Source: the human T2T-CHM13v2.0 reference genome, Homo sapiens
Direction: 5' to 3' (one strand)
NCBI RefSeq assembly: GCF_009914755.1
Contig: NC_060937.1
DNA: 64,000 nucleotides
Below are positions 17,100 through 34,123 of the stretch, piece by piece. The notes beneath the pieces are model-generated. The model was not told the origin of the DNA and did no database searches. It worked only from the letters and a program-made list of their open reading frames with translations. Made by a program: the position numbers and the translations under genes. Position 1 is the first letter of the stretch; each line of letters begins with the position of its first letter.

Positions 17100-17460
17100 A
17101 GATAAATATACTCCACTGAAATGTTTTCTAGGAATGATGTTGGAACCAATGTTGGTAATTTTGAAAGTCATGGAGAGGATTTCAGATGATAGAAGTCGGG
17201 CAAATATCCCAGGTTTAATAAATAAGCAAATGCTGAGTTCCAAAGCTGCTGTATCAATGAGCCTCATATTGATCCTGAGCACAATTTCAGAAAGGTCCAT
17301 TAAATGGGTCTTTGGAGAGCACTTAGGATAAAAGGCTGGCAGCAGAGATTCACTAAGAACAATGGTGCCAAGCTTGCCTCTTTGACATTGTTATCTGACT
17401 GATAAAGGTAGTCTATAGCGGTACACAATACAGATATTTCCAGGGTAAAGCTGTTGAGCT
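17100..17460 (+). mobile_element. L3/CR1 LINE reverse-transcriptase relic
   Basis: ORF 17029-17331 (EPMLVILK..ISDDRSRANIP...SMSLILILSTISERSIK..FGEHL) aligns by eye with CR1 RT (EPLSIIFEK..VPEDWRRANVP...PVSLTSIPGKILERIIK..CEHL). Downstream ttcactaagaac corresponds to (G)FTKN. Confidence 0.7.
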
Positions 17461-18354
17461 GCTGTAATTTTCCTTGCCTCTTCACTATCTTCTCCTATAG
17501 TTGACTCCCAAGGAAAAGATAGTTGACTTTTAATCTAGAAATATATGTTAATTGGCAAAAACAAAAAAATGAAACCATAAAATATCCTTTAGGCTTCTCT
17601 CTGCTCAGTTATTAGATCATATGAATGTGCCCTTAGGAAACACAGAAGGCCCACACTATTATAGAGACAAATTTCTTACATTTTCTGCTGTTTAATGCTC
17701 TTCAAAAGACTTACCATACTTCACTAATTTGATTACCAACTACTTGAACACAGGGACCAATGTGCTTATTAAAAATTTTGCATATTATGAGGGCATTAAC
17801 TTTTAAGTATTCAATTGTTAAGACAATGCATATTATTATAAACCATAGAAGGCACACTTATTACCTCCTTAAGATCCAGTCTCTATTTCTCTGGTTCATA
17901 GATCTCCAAGGTTATAGAGGGATTGGACATTTGTGTCTTCAATTGGCCCTCTTCAGCCCTAGGATAAATAGTGATTAATCTAAGCCAATGGTTTTCGGCT
18001 CTGTCTGACCCAATGCCTCTACTTCATAAGAAATTCTTTAAAGACCCCTTCGCTATTCTAAACTATTAGTGAGAACACAATGTATGCATTCAAGTTGTTG
18101 AAAATATTAATGTTATGCTGAAGCTAACAAAGGAGAAATAATTTACTGTCAATATATAATCCAAAATGTATATAATTGTGCCAGAACATTTACATCTCAA
18201 ATACAATAGAACATAATGAAATTTTCATATCTTCGCCCATACCTTGAAACATTGTAAATAAAAAGCTACAAATATAGTTTCATTGAATAACCAAATGCCA
18301 AAACTGCCATTTCTATTGTTGACATGATTGATCTGCATTGGCAAATGTAATAGA

Positions 18355-18775
18355 TACTTTCTGTTTGGCCCTTGTCCCCTGTTATACTCCCCTATTTACT
18401 GGCTTTTGTCCAAGTGGAATGGTCCATATTGAATATCTCCATCGGTTCCCTTGCTCATTGCCTTCTATGCATGTTCATGAGATTAAAGGGAAGGAGGAAA
18501 TGGGATTGGGGGTTATTGCCTAAACTCCCTCTCTGCTAGGTCTCCTTGACCAATCTTTTTCATAAGAAAATTAGTGTTTCCTTCTGTGATCAGGGCAGTT
18601 TACTCCCCAGAACTCTGCCTGCCACTGCTAACCCAGAGTTATTGTGGCGTGTGATTTCTGTGATTCCTTCACCCTTCTCCCCTGACATTTTCGTAAGTAG
18701 TCTCTTTGGAAATAAACCCATGTTAAATTATCTTAGTTTGTGTGTGTTCTATTTTTCCTATTGAGACTCTGAAAT
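18355..18775 (+). mobile_element. LTR33-like ERVL solo LTR
   Basis: The 3' end (gtaagtagtctctttggaaataaacc...aaattatc...tttgtgtgtgttctatttttcctattgagactctga) matches the LTR33 terminus. Confidence 0.6.
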
Positions 18776-19099
18776 GAGTATCTAAATGAAAAAATCTACC
18801 ATCTTTTCTCATATACATAGTAGTTTCATTCTTGCAAAATTCATGGCATATTAAAACCATGCAAAAGTACTTGGCACTTAGGCAGTTACATTTGGGATTG
18901 TATAATTAAACAAAGCAGGTTATTCACCTTCATTACATTAGAAAGTCATTCAGGACATACAGCAATCCTTAATTAGGAGCGGCTATCCCATGTTACTGGA
19001 CATATGGCATCCCTGTTTTCCAATCCTTAAAGTTTTTCCTTAAAGTATCAAAATGCCGTCACTTATTATTTCCTGCCATTGAATTTTGTCACATGAAGT

Positions 19100-19285
19100 T
19101 GTAAGGCTGGGAATGCCATAGCCATCTTGAAAACATAGGTAGAAAGATAAGAGAATCACAAAGAAGTGGATCATGTTGAATTAACTAAGCATTGATACCA
19201 TCTATTTGTTGTGTGATTTGGTCAAAGTTGCTCCTTGTTTTTTTCTTCAATTAGTTGACTATTCTGTTACTTGAAGCTAAAAACA
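19100..19285 (+). mobile_element. MLT1-type LTR fragment
   Basis: gccatcttg...ttctgttacttgaagctaaaaaca is typical of an MLT1 3' end. Confidence 0.5.
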
Positions 19286-19289
19286 TTTT

Positions 19290-19598
<309 letters not shown>

Positions 19599-19701
19599 AA
19601 AAACATTTTAACCAATAGCAAAGCACATTATTTCATTACATTTTTTCAAAAGTTGCCAGTAATTTCAATTAAAAATATTATATAACATGTTTAATGCAAT
19701 A

Positions 19702-20045
19702 CAAATGCTTTTCAATGTACAATGGGGTTAAGTCTTGATAAGCTGATTATAAATTGAAAATACAGTAAGTTAAAAATGTATTTAATACTTAACTTACTGA
19801 ATATCACAGCTTAGCCTGGCATACCTTTAATGTGCTCAGAACACTTACATCAGCTGACAATTGGGCAAAATCATTGAATACAAAACCCGCTTTATAATAA
19901 AGTATTGGATATTTTATGTAATTTGTTGAATATTGTACTGAAAGTGAAAAGCAGAATGGTTATATTCTATTCAAAGCTATCAATTTTGCTTCATCATAAA
20001 GTAAAAAAATCATAAATTGAACCATTATCAGTTGTTGACCATCTG
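19702..20045 (+). mobile_element. MER47A (Tigger-family) DNA transposon
   Basis: caaatgct...tacaatggggtta...gtgctcagaacacttacat...gtactgaaagtgaaaagcagaatggtt...gaccatctg, with TA at the left flank. Confidence 0.88.
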
Positions 20046-20170
20046 TGTATATGTATGTGTGTGTGTACCTATATAAACATGTATGTTTATATATATATTT
20101 GTGTGTGTATATAACCTCGGTGTGTGTGTATGTGTGTTTGAGAGAGTGTGTCTGTGTGTGTGTGTGTATG
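20046..20170. repeat. Compound (TG)n/(TA)n low-complexity repeat
   Basis: Runs of tg, ta and ag dinucleotides. Confidence 0.85.
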
Positions 20171-21519
20171 AAATTGTAGGGAAGTAAAATTTCTTATCTT
20201 ATAGATATAGCATGTTAACATGTTGGTACCTATCCTCCTGAGATGTAAAATTTTACATGGATAGATGTGTACATTTACAGTTGTACACAAAGAGAAACAT
20301 ATTCTGTAGGCTCTTTGTTTTTCTGCAGTTTCATTCAACACTATCTGGTTTATATGGGTGATTACATATATAATGCTAGGATTAAGGTTCTTCTCTATAA
20401 CTTTGAAACTTCCTTGATTATCAACCCTTGGTATATTCTTAGAATAGGATTTTATTTTAGAATTAAGATCCTTGTTTCAGGACTCTAGACTGTTAACACA
20501 CAGAGCCAATAATTATTCAGAATGGTTGGGTTAGTTCACATTCCCACAGAGGAGACATCAAATGTCCAGGCTGCACAGCCTCATTAACACTAGATTTTCT
20601 GGACATTTTATATAGTATTTCATCTGATATAAAAAGTAGAATTCTAATTTGGTTAAGGTTGTTAATTTATTTTTACATTTTTAGTCATTATGAAAATGTG
20701 TTACTATATGAAAAGCCAGGAAAGGGTTTTTTTTTTTTAAGGTAGTACTTCAGAAATATTTATGATACTTAATTTTTAAAAATTAACTCTAAAAGAATCT
20801 TGAAATGTCTGTTTAATAAAATAGGACATAAATACTGGTCACATTAGTGAAAAATATTTGTTTAAAATTAAAATATCTGCAGCAATCCTGTAGATATTAA
20901 TAAGTTTTTAAAGAATGACATCTTCAAAATATAACTGTTCTAAACTAATATGTCTCCATTAATACATATAGATACATATATCTAAATAAATTTGAAGACT
21001 TCAAATTCAAGGTACAATATAATTTTTTTCTATCCTTTGATTTGTCATTCAGGATTTTGTAATTTGAACAGAAATATTTTGCCCTAACCACAGGTCTGTC
21101 TTTTCTCTTACTAAAAATATTATTTTATGTAAAATTGTTTTAAAGGTCAGTTTGCAAGTTTGAAAAGCATCTTGTACAATGTTACATAATATATTGCATA
21201 TTTGGTTACATTGTTTTAACTGTGTAAATATGGTTTAAATCTGTGATGCTCTTTAGTGATGATCATGATGCAAATCAAATTTGTCTGTATAAAAGGCTCC
21301 TGTTAATTTTTTTTATTATACTTTAAGTTTTAGGGTACATGTGCACAACGTGCAGGTTTGCTACATATGTACACATGTGCCATGTTGGTGTGCTGCACCC
21401 ATTAACTCCTCATTTAACATTAGGTATATCTCCTAATGCTATCCCTACCCCCTCCACCCACCCCACAACAGTCCCCGGTGTGTGATGTTCCCCTTCCTGT
21501 ATCCATGTTTCCTCATTGT

Positions 21520-25344
<3,825 letters not shown>

Positions 25345-25407
25345 TATGATGTTAGCTGGTTATTTTCCTCGTTAGTTTATGCAGTTTCTTCCTAGCCTTG
25401 ATGGTCT

Positions 25408-26423
25408 TTACAATTTGGCGTGGTTTTACAGTGGCTTGTACCAGTTGCTCCTTTCCATGTTTAGTGCTTCCTTCAGGAGATCTTTTAGGGCAGGCCTGGT
25501 GGTGACAAAATCTCTCAGCATTTGCTTGTCTGTGGAGCATATTATTTCTCCCTCACTTATGAAGGTTAGTTTGGCTGGATATGAAATTCAGGGTTGAAAA
25601 TTCTTTCCTTTAAGAATGTTGAATATTGGCCCCTACTCTCTTCTGGCTTGTAGAGTTTCTGCAGAGAGATCAGCAGTTAGTCTGATGGGCTTCCTTTTGT
25701 GGGTAACCCGACCTTTCTCTCTGGCTGCCTTTAAAATTTTTTCTTTCATTTCAACTTTGGTGAATCTGACAATTATGTGTCTTGGAATTGTTCTTCTCAA
25801 GGAGTATCTTTGTAGCATTCTCTGTATTTCCCGAATGTGAATGTTGGCCTGCCTTGCTAGATTGGGGAAGTTCTCCTGGATAATATACTGCAGAGTGTTT
25901 TCCAACTTGGTTCCATTCTCCCTGTCACTTTCAGGTAAACCAAATAGACGTAGATTTGGTCTATTGACATAGTCCCATATTTCTTGGAGGCTTTGTTCAT
26001 TTCTTTTTATTCTTTTTTCTCTAAACTTCTCTTCATGCTTCATTTCATTCATTTCATCTTCCATCACTGATACCCTTTCTTCCCGTTGATCACATCGGTT
26101 ACTGAGGCTTATGCATTTGTCATGTAGTTTTCATGCCATGGTTTTCAGCTCCGTCAGGTCCTTTAAGGACTTCTCCACATTGGTTATTCTAGTTATCTGT
26201 TCGTCTAATTTTTTTTCCAAGTTTTTAACTTCTTTGCCATTGGTTCGAACTTCCTCCTTTAGCTCGGAGTACTTTGATCTTCTGAAGTCTTCCTCTCTCA
26301 ACTCGTCAAAGTCATTCTCCGTCCAGCTTTGTTCCATTGCTGGTGAGGAGTTGCATTCCTTTGGAGGAGGATAGGCACTCTGATTTTTAGAGTTTCCTGT
26401 TTTTCTGCTCTGTTTTTCCCCAT
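25408..26423 (-). pseudogene. L1 ORF1p, disrupted
   Basis: ATG at 26423. Fragments EQSWTENDFDELREE and RNEQSLQEIWDYVNRPNLRL are present. The frame breaks immediately after the start (ATGGGGAAAAAC) and again later. Confidence 0.95.
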
Positions 26424-27439
26424 CTTTGTGGTTTTATCTACCTTTGGTCCTTGATGATGGTGACATACAGATGGGGTTTTGGTGTGGATGTCCTTTCTGT
26501 TTGTTAGTTTTCCTTCTAACAGTCAGGACCCTCAGCTGCAGGTCTGTTGGAGTTTACTGGAGGTCTCCTCCAGACACTATTTGCCTGGGGGGTATCAGCA
26601 GTCGTGGCTGCAGAACAGTGGATATTGGTGAACTGCAAATGCTGCTGCCTGATCGTTCCTCTGGAAGTTTTGTCTCAGAGGGGTACCCGGCCATGTGAGG
26701 TGTCAGTCTGCCCCTACTGGGGGGTGCCTCCCTGTTAGGCTACTCGGGGTTCAGGGACCCACTAGGTGGGGGTTGTCTGCCCGTTCTGAGATGTCAAGCT
26801 GCGTGCTGGGAGAACCACTACTCTCTTCAAAGCTGTCAGACAGGGACATTTAAGTCTGCAGAGGTTATTGCTGTCTTTTGTTGGTCTGTGCCCTGCCCCC
26901 AGAGGTGGAGCCTACAGAGGCAGGCTGGCCTCCTTGAGCTGTGGTGGGCCACCCAGTTCGAACTTCCTGGCTGCTTTGTTTACTTACTCAAGCCTGAGCA
27001 ATGGCGGGCGCCCCTCCCCCAGCCTCACTGTTACCTTGCAGTTTGATCTCAGACTGCTGTGCTAGCAAACAGCGAGGCTCTGGGGGTGTAGGACCCTCCA
27101 AGCCAGGTGCTGGATATAATCTCCTGGTGTGCCATTTGATAAGCCCGTTGGAAAAGCGCAGTATTAGGGTGGGAGTGACCTGATTTTCCAGGTGCCATCT
27201 GTCACCCCTTCATTTGACTAGGAAAGGGAATTCCCTGACCCCTAGTGCTTCCCAGGTGAGGTGATGCCTTGCCCTGCTTTGGCTCATGCATGGTGCGCTG
27301 CAACCACTGTCCAGCACTCCCCAGTGAGATGAACCTGGTACCTCAGTTGGAAATGCAGAAATCACCCGTCTTCTGCATCACTCACGCTGGGAGCTGTAGA
27401 CTGGGGCTGTTCCTATTCGGCCATCTTGGCTCCACCCTC
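26424..27439 (-). promoter_or_regulatory. L1 5' UTR internal sense/antisense promoter with YY1 site
   Basis: Complete 5' UTR. YY1 core GCCATCTT at 27420-27427. Confidence 0.85.
27001..27183 (+). CDS. ORF0: L1 antisense ORF0, truncated to 60 aa
   Basis: MAGAPPPASLLPCSLISDCCAS...GVGPSKPGAGYNL...EKRSIRVGVT matches primate L1 ORF0. Strong Kozak context gcaATGG. Premature TGA (likely from CGA). Confidence 0.8.
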   Translation: MAGAPPPASLLPCSLISDCCASKQRGSGGVGPSKPGAGYNLLVCHLISPLEKRSIRVGVT

Positions 27440-28797
27440 TAATTTTTAACTTTCAAAAGATTAGATACATTTACCCTCCTCTGAATTTTAATTCCTGATG
27501 GAAAGATTGTGAAATCTCAAGAGGATAATGAATCAGCTTCTGATTATATTCTGGAATTGCTATTTGATCACACATCCAAGAATGCGTATTCACTTTCCTT
27601 TACATTACACACATGCATAATACCATGCTGAGTGATGCTGGAAAAAGTGAGTCTTCAGTAATGCCCTCATGAAATTACAGTCTCACTACACTGAGGTATT
27701 TTCTTTTTAACCCTTTCTTTCTTTTCTGCTGTGAATATGTGCCTTCTAAGAGGTGAACAACGGGAAAAACTGAAAAAGATCCTTCATCTAATTCAGTAAC
27801 TAGTTTTTGTATCTTCTAAGAATTTTTATCTCCAGAAAGCTCTAATTTTCATTCCTTTACAAGCTTTATTTCTCTCTCCTTTCCAACACCAGACTTTGCT
27901 CTGTTTGTTTTCTATATCTTTTTTAGAGATGCCTACAATAGAAAAAATCTATGACATATTCAATACATCTGAAAAGTTTACATTGCCATAGATAAGAATG
28001 AATTATCTGTTTATAAAGAAAAAACAATAAAAATATGAACCAAGAAAGCACAGAAGGTAGTAACCACATTTAGATGTTTATCATGGAATCATCTTTATAA
28101 TCCATCTGTTACAATTCCACACAGCAAATTACAAGTAATTGTGAAGTTTCCCCTCATTTTATAGGTTTGGTCTTATAAGGCATACAACACAAATTTTAAT
28201 TACTTTTCTTTTTGGTATTTGGATCTTAATTTGGTCAAGTGGCCACTGGGTAGATGATGGAGCCTCTTGAGACATACAGTCTTCTTCTAGCTTTGTTGAT
28301 GTGAATATTACTGTGTATTTTTCATTCACTTATTATTTTACAAGGCATGCTTCATTAAAAATATATCAGCATCTCATTGACAAATCACAAAATTTAAAAG
28401 GCACCAGAAAAAAACAATTTATTTAAAACATTCCTGTGTAAAAGTAGTCACCACTCTTACTATTCTTCAAATATTTTTATTATATTTAAAAACAAGCCTA
28501 GTTTTATCTCGAGTGTCTGACCTTGATGATATTGTACATTTTAAACTTAGAAAAATTGAACTCTATTGGAAATTTCCTACAGATCAGCTTTTCTAGATGC
28601 CAAGCGCCTTGTTTCAGCCATGGTGATGACAGCAAATTGGGTTCTCAGGGATTCTGGCCTCTGGCATCATCTCAGTTATTTATAATTGAAGTTGGGTCTG
28701 ATGAGAACGCAGCTTAGATGCATGGTGGGACTGCTGGGCTTAAGGCTGGCCTGCCAGGAGGTTGCATTGAGGTGTAACTAGGCAAAGAAAGAAGGAG

Positions 28798-29247
28798 TTT
28801 ATTGAGACATTACTGACAATAGCAAAGACTTGGAACCAACCCAAATATCCAACAATGATAGACTGGATTAAGAAAATGTGGCACATATACACCATGGAAT
28901 ACTATGCAGCCATAAAAATGATGAGTTCATGTCCTTTGTAGGGACATGGATGAAGCTGGAAACCATCATTCTCAGCAAACTATCACAAGGACAAAAAAAC
29001 AAACACCACATGTTCTCACTCATAGGTGGGAATTAAACAATGAGAACACATGGACACAGGAAGAGGAACAGCACACACTGGGGCCTGTTGTGGGGTGAAG
29101 GGCTAGGGGAGGGAAAGCATTAGGATATATACCTAATGTAAATGACGAGTTAATGGGTGCAGCACACCAACATGTCACATGTATACATATGAAACGAACC
29201 TGCACGTTGTGCACATGTGCCCTAGAACTTAAAGTATAACACAAAAA
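28798..29247 (+). mobile_element. 5'-truncated L1PA (about L1PA4/5) 3' end
   Basis: acaatagcaaagacttggaaccaacccaaat...cctagaacttaaagtata plus A-tail. Near-TSD aagaagg(a/g)gtt on both sides. Confidence 0.95.
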
Positions 29248-29914
29248 AGAAGGGGTTGGGCAAAATTACCAACAATCTTCAACTATGAATTTGTATGAGT
29301 AGGGGCTTCCCACACCATCAGGCACTCCAAGTTGGAGAAACAAGGGATGTTGAATTGAAAGTTTAATTTTTTAGGCTTGATAGTCAGATTAGGGAAGTTT
29401 TGGGTACATCTTTCCCACTCTAGAGCCCTCTCCCTAACTCAGGGCCAATTTGGGACATGGGCTCAATGGAAAAGAGTGCCTAGATCAATTAGAAATATCC
29501 ATCATGAACATAGGAGGCAGGCATTCTGGCCAAGGGGGTGCATCTTCCCACTTTGTAATCCAGAGAGCGATTTCTTCTTGCTATCTGTCCCTCCATAAAT
29601 AAGCGTTGGGTGAAGGACAAGCTAGTTACCATTGAGGATGGAATGAAATTCTACCAGAATTGCAAAATGAACTGAGAGCCACGAAAGTGTTCCTCTGTGA
29701 ACCAGCAGAGAGATCTGTGGAAGGCAAAGGAAGAGGAGCCAAGAGGCCAGATAACATTCCTGCTTCCCCTACATTGTGAGAGTGAAATTGTCAGCAACCT
29801 ATATCAGTAATTAACCAGAGGCTTTTTGGAGAGTAAGACTTCTGATAGATACCTCAATAGCTGAAGTTGCTCTTCAGTACTGCACATAACCTGTGGACAG
29901 ATTTTCATCGTTAT

Positions 29915-30040
29915 TAATTCATTTATTCAACAGATAGATATTAAATTCAAGGCATAGTTCTAAACTATGCAGTCAATTACAAAAAAATAATAATGAAGGA
30001 CATTAGCTCTGCCTCATAGGACGTTAAAACTCTAGCTGCT
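29915..30040 (-). mobile_element. L2 3' end fragment
   Basis: attcatttattcaaca...ggcatagttctaaact...ctctgcctcatagga is an antisense L2 tail. Confidence 0.5.
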
Positions 30041-30853
30041 AAATGAGACAAATAGGGTTCCCACATCAAGTGCCTGGGCTCCTGTTATAACCTGGACTCT
30101 GCTTCCATTGGCTTCTCTTGTTTCTGTTTTGATAAACCCATCATTTGGCTTAGTCCCTACCCTTTCCATGCTCACCCACCAGTAGGTGGACCTCCTTGAC
30201 CATAACTACAGACATAGATCTTTGATTGTTTCTTTTCAAATGTTTGCTTACTTTAGAGGTGCAGTCAAATGTTGTTTGGACCATAAGACTCTGAGGCTGT
30301 GTGTGGTTGAAACTGTCTTGAGACTCAAAGAGCTATTGAGGAAGGGATTTGATAGCTGAACTCTTTTGAAGATTTTCTCTGTCTCTCACACATCTGGGGC
30401 TGAATAGCTTAACGTTTAATTTCTACATCGACGATAGTTTAATAGCCATTCATGCAAATCAGTTCTGCTGTGAGTTATTATCCTACTCCAATACCAAGTA
30501 ACACATTCCTTAAATTTAGTGTATGTATAAATTCTACATGGTAAGTGAAGCTGTCTTTATGAATTGCTGCTATAGAATATACTAGATTGTGTAGGTTTTA
30601 GTACAATCCAGGTAATTATCAAGCCTTTGTAATATTTTCAGGAAAGTGATCCTTTCACTTCAGTTTATGGAACTTGAAAATTTTTTAGTTGCCACCGACT
30701 AGTTAGATCATAAACTTAATTCTATGTATCTGAATTTATTTTTCTATTTATAAATTTATCTGGATGCTTTCTCAAAGGTTTCTCAGTTTAAAAACCTATG
30801 GCTTTGTAAAATTAAAACAGAAGTAATAGGAATTGTGTTAAAAAACAGAATCA

Positions 30854-31161
30854 GGCCAAGCCTGGTGGCTTATGCCTCTAATGCCAACACTTAGGGAGGC
30901 CAAGGCGGGAGGATAATTTGAGGTCAGGAGTTCAAGACCAGCCTGGACAACATGGCAAAACCCCACATGTATTAAAAAAATACACAAATTAGCTGGGCGT
31001 GGTGGTGAATGCCTTTAGTCCTAGCTACTCAGGAGGCTAAGGCAGGAGAATAGCTTGAACCTGGGAGGCTGAGGTTGCAGTGAGCCAAGATAGAGCCACT
31101 GCATTCCAGCCTGGGTGACAGAGTGAGATCCTGTCTTAAAAAAAAGGAAAAAAGAAAAAGA
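30854..31161 (+). mobile_element. Alu (old S/J type), full length
   Basis: Sense Alu with A-tail. 14-bp TSD aaaaaacagaatca at 30840-30853 and 31162-31175. Confidence 0.96.
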
Positions 31162-31224
31162 AAAAAACAGAATCATACAATGAGAGAGATTGTATAGCCC
31201 TTTTAATTGTCCATAATGGATACA

Positions 31225-31297
31225 TTTCTTTTTCTGTGTAATAGTTTATCAGCATGAAAATTTTCTTTTTCTGTGTAATAGTTTATCAGCATGAAAA
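31225..31297. repeat. Two-copy tandem duplication, 37-bp period
   Basis: tttctttttctgtgtaatagtttatcagcatgaaaa occurs at 31225-31260 and again at 31262-31297. Confidence 0.95.
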
Positions 31298-31311
31298 AAA
31301 AGAGTCACTGA

Positions 31312-31609
<298 letters not shown>

Positions 31610-33684
31610 TGATGATTTTCATTTAATGGTGTTCTACAAAGTGAGTTTAGGCAGTGAAAGGGCACAAGTCACCTATAGTTTACCAGAAAGTAGTATCAGT
31701 CACCAGCGTTGAAGCATACTCCTAACCCTGGAAAATTTCTTCAGCAGCCAGAATTAATCTCAGATTTTGAGACTGGAGCAAAGACTAATTTGGTATGTGT
31801 TCATTCAGATTAGTAAATCTCCATGGTGTTCGAACTGTATAATATCAAATCTAAAATAAGTCAAGAGAGTTGGACAATATCTCATCTCTGAGAAAAAAAT
31901 GCATTATTTTCAAGAGATTTAAGACTGAATTTAAAATCCAACTGCCTATTCCAGTGTATGTTTCTCTAGAATAAGGCCAAGCCCTACAAATTCTGGATAG
32001 TGTCCTCCAAGTTGTGTTTAAGTGATAATTGATAAATCTATGGTTTAGATACATATGGAATTCCACATAACTCTAGCTCCAGCCTTTGCGAGTAAAAATT
32101 GGCAGTGATCATGGCCTTAATGGAGGCATGTGGTTAATTGGAATTTTCAGTACAAAAAGTCTTCTTCTTACTAGTTTATCAGGGTACCCTATAATAGTAT
32201 CCATAACTCATTGCCCACTTGTCTGTTTTGATTTCTTTTTTAAAAATACAATTTTAAACTTAGAGGTTTTGTACCTCAAGTCACATATGTGGCACATTTA
32301 TAAAATAATCATGCCTTTGTATATTTTTCCTTTGATATCTTAGCTGTATATACAAGCCATTTGTGTTTTTTAATTGCCACAAATATTGCACTGAAATAGA
32401 GCACTAGTTGCAAAATGCCTGGTATAACATTTCTTCTTGTTCTTGAAAGTAATTTTAATACCCCATGTTTAAGATATTCCTAGACAACTATAAGTAACTA
32501 TAATTATTTCTGCTAGGTAGAAGCATCTTTGTGGTCAACATTTGTGAAGTGCCTTGTAAATAAAAATATGCTTGAGTAGAAATAGTATTTTGCAAATATA
32601 GCCCTAAAGAGACCTACTGATTTTACCAAGAATTAAAGACTCCAAACTCTGTCTTTGTCTTTCAAATTTGGTTTATAGGAACATCTCATTACAATGAGCA
32701 AAAAGCCTATCTGATCATTAAAGAGATAATTTTGACACTTCCAAATGACACAGCTAATTTGTAGTAGATTTTTGAAGTGCAAATTACATGTTTCTGTTTA
32801 AATAATGACAGTAAAATATGGACACTACCTATTCACACTCTATATACACAACTACAACTTGTCTCTAGAAGAAAAGTTTAATTTTTCAGGTCTCATCCAC
32901 AAAATGAAGTGTTAATAAGCTGTATCTTTATTCTCACTTTTAAGTAATTTCTTCTTAACCATTGTATAACACTACCACAGTTTGTATGGAGATAAAATAA
33001 CTCATGGTGAGAAATCCAGTTCTTTAAAAAATCATTTGACCTTCAATCACTTTTAAGATATCTATGGTTTTAGAGTAAGGACGAAAATTTATAAACATTT
33101 GTTAAATTATGCAACTGTTTTTGAAGTTGTTTCAAAATTACATTTTCCTTATTTTACAACTAGTTTTCATGTATTCACAAATGAGACACATGAGAATTAT
33201 TAATGCAAAAGCACAGCATATCAACAAAGTTTATAATGTAAATAGTTTAGTTAGGAAAGAATGTAATGAGTGAATTATCAAAGCTATTTTATTGGTTCCT
33301 AGATTTACCATAGAAGAAAATAAAGCAGCCTTATAAAAATTTCTCAGCACTGAGTCCATTTAAGGTCTATTTTGTATGCTGTAAGTTCTAAAAAATGTTA
33401 TTGCCGGTAAAAATAGGATGCCTATCTAAAATTGTCTTTTTAAAGGTTCTCTCTTATTCTTCTTCCCTTCCTATGTGTGCACAGAATACTGTCATCGTCT
33501 TGATTGGAACACTGTCTCTCTTTCTCAGAGGGTGTACATTTGTAGAAGGGAGAAAATATTTGTTAATTTTGCTTCCTATAAGATAAGGTCTCAATGGTTG
33601 AAGGTCAGTTGACAAACTTTTTTTTGTCTTCATACTATTATCTTGGAATTACCAACTGGCTTCTATTTAGATTTTGAATAATGA

Positions 33685-33915
33685 AAGAAAAGAACTAGCA
33701 TTTCTTAGAACTTACTGTGTTCCAGAAACTTTATTGATGCCATTTCTTCTCATTATCACATTCATTCTTTCAATTAGTATTATTTTTTTCCATCTTAATA
33801 AGGTGGGACCAGAGGTTTTGTAATATCCACTAACCCACTGTGGATTTCATGGATTGCAAGAGGAAGAAAGCATGGTGGAACTCAGGTTTCTCTGATTCCA
33901 AATTCACATCCTTTC
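33685..33915 (-). mobile_element. Diverged MIR
   Basis: cttactgtgttccagaaact...agtattattttttccatcttaataaggtgggaccagagg...gaactcaggtttctctgattccaaa. Confidence 0.55.
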
Positions 33916-34002
33916 ATGTCTCCATGAAAAATAGAAAAGATAAATTGGGCTCTATTCTAACAAGAGAAACACAATTTTCCGTCAGTTAAATGAATAATTC
34001 TT

Positions 34003-34123
34003 TTTTATTTTATTTTATTTTATTTTTATTATTATACTTTAAGTTTTAGGGTACATGTGCACATTGTGCAGATTAGTTACATATGTATACATGTGCCATG
34101 CTGGTGCGCTGCACCCAGATACC
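34003..34123 (-). mobile_element. Very short young L1 (L1PA2/L1HS-like) 3' end insertion
   Basis: gtgcacattgtgcag.ttagttac...atgctggtgcgctgcaccca. Perfect 16-bp TSD taaatgaataattctt at 33987-34002 and 34124-34139. Confidence 0.95.

Noticed and set aside
17985-19020. Possible hAT-Charlie (MER20-like) element split by the LTR33-like insertion
   Set aside because: Only faint motif resemblance. Family and boundaries cannot be supported by eye.
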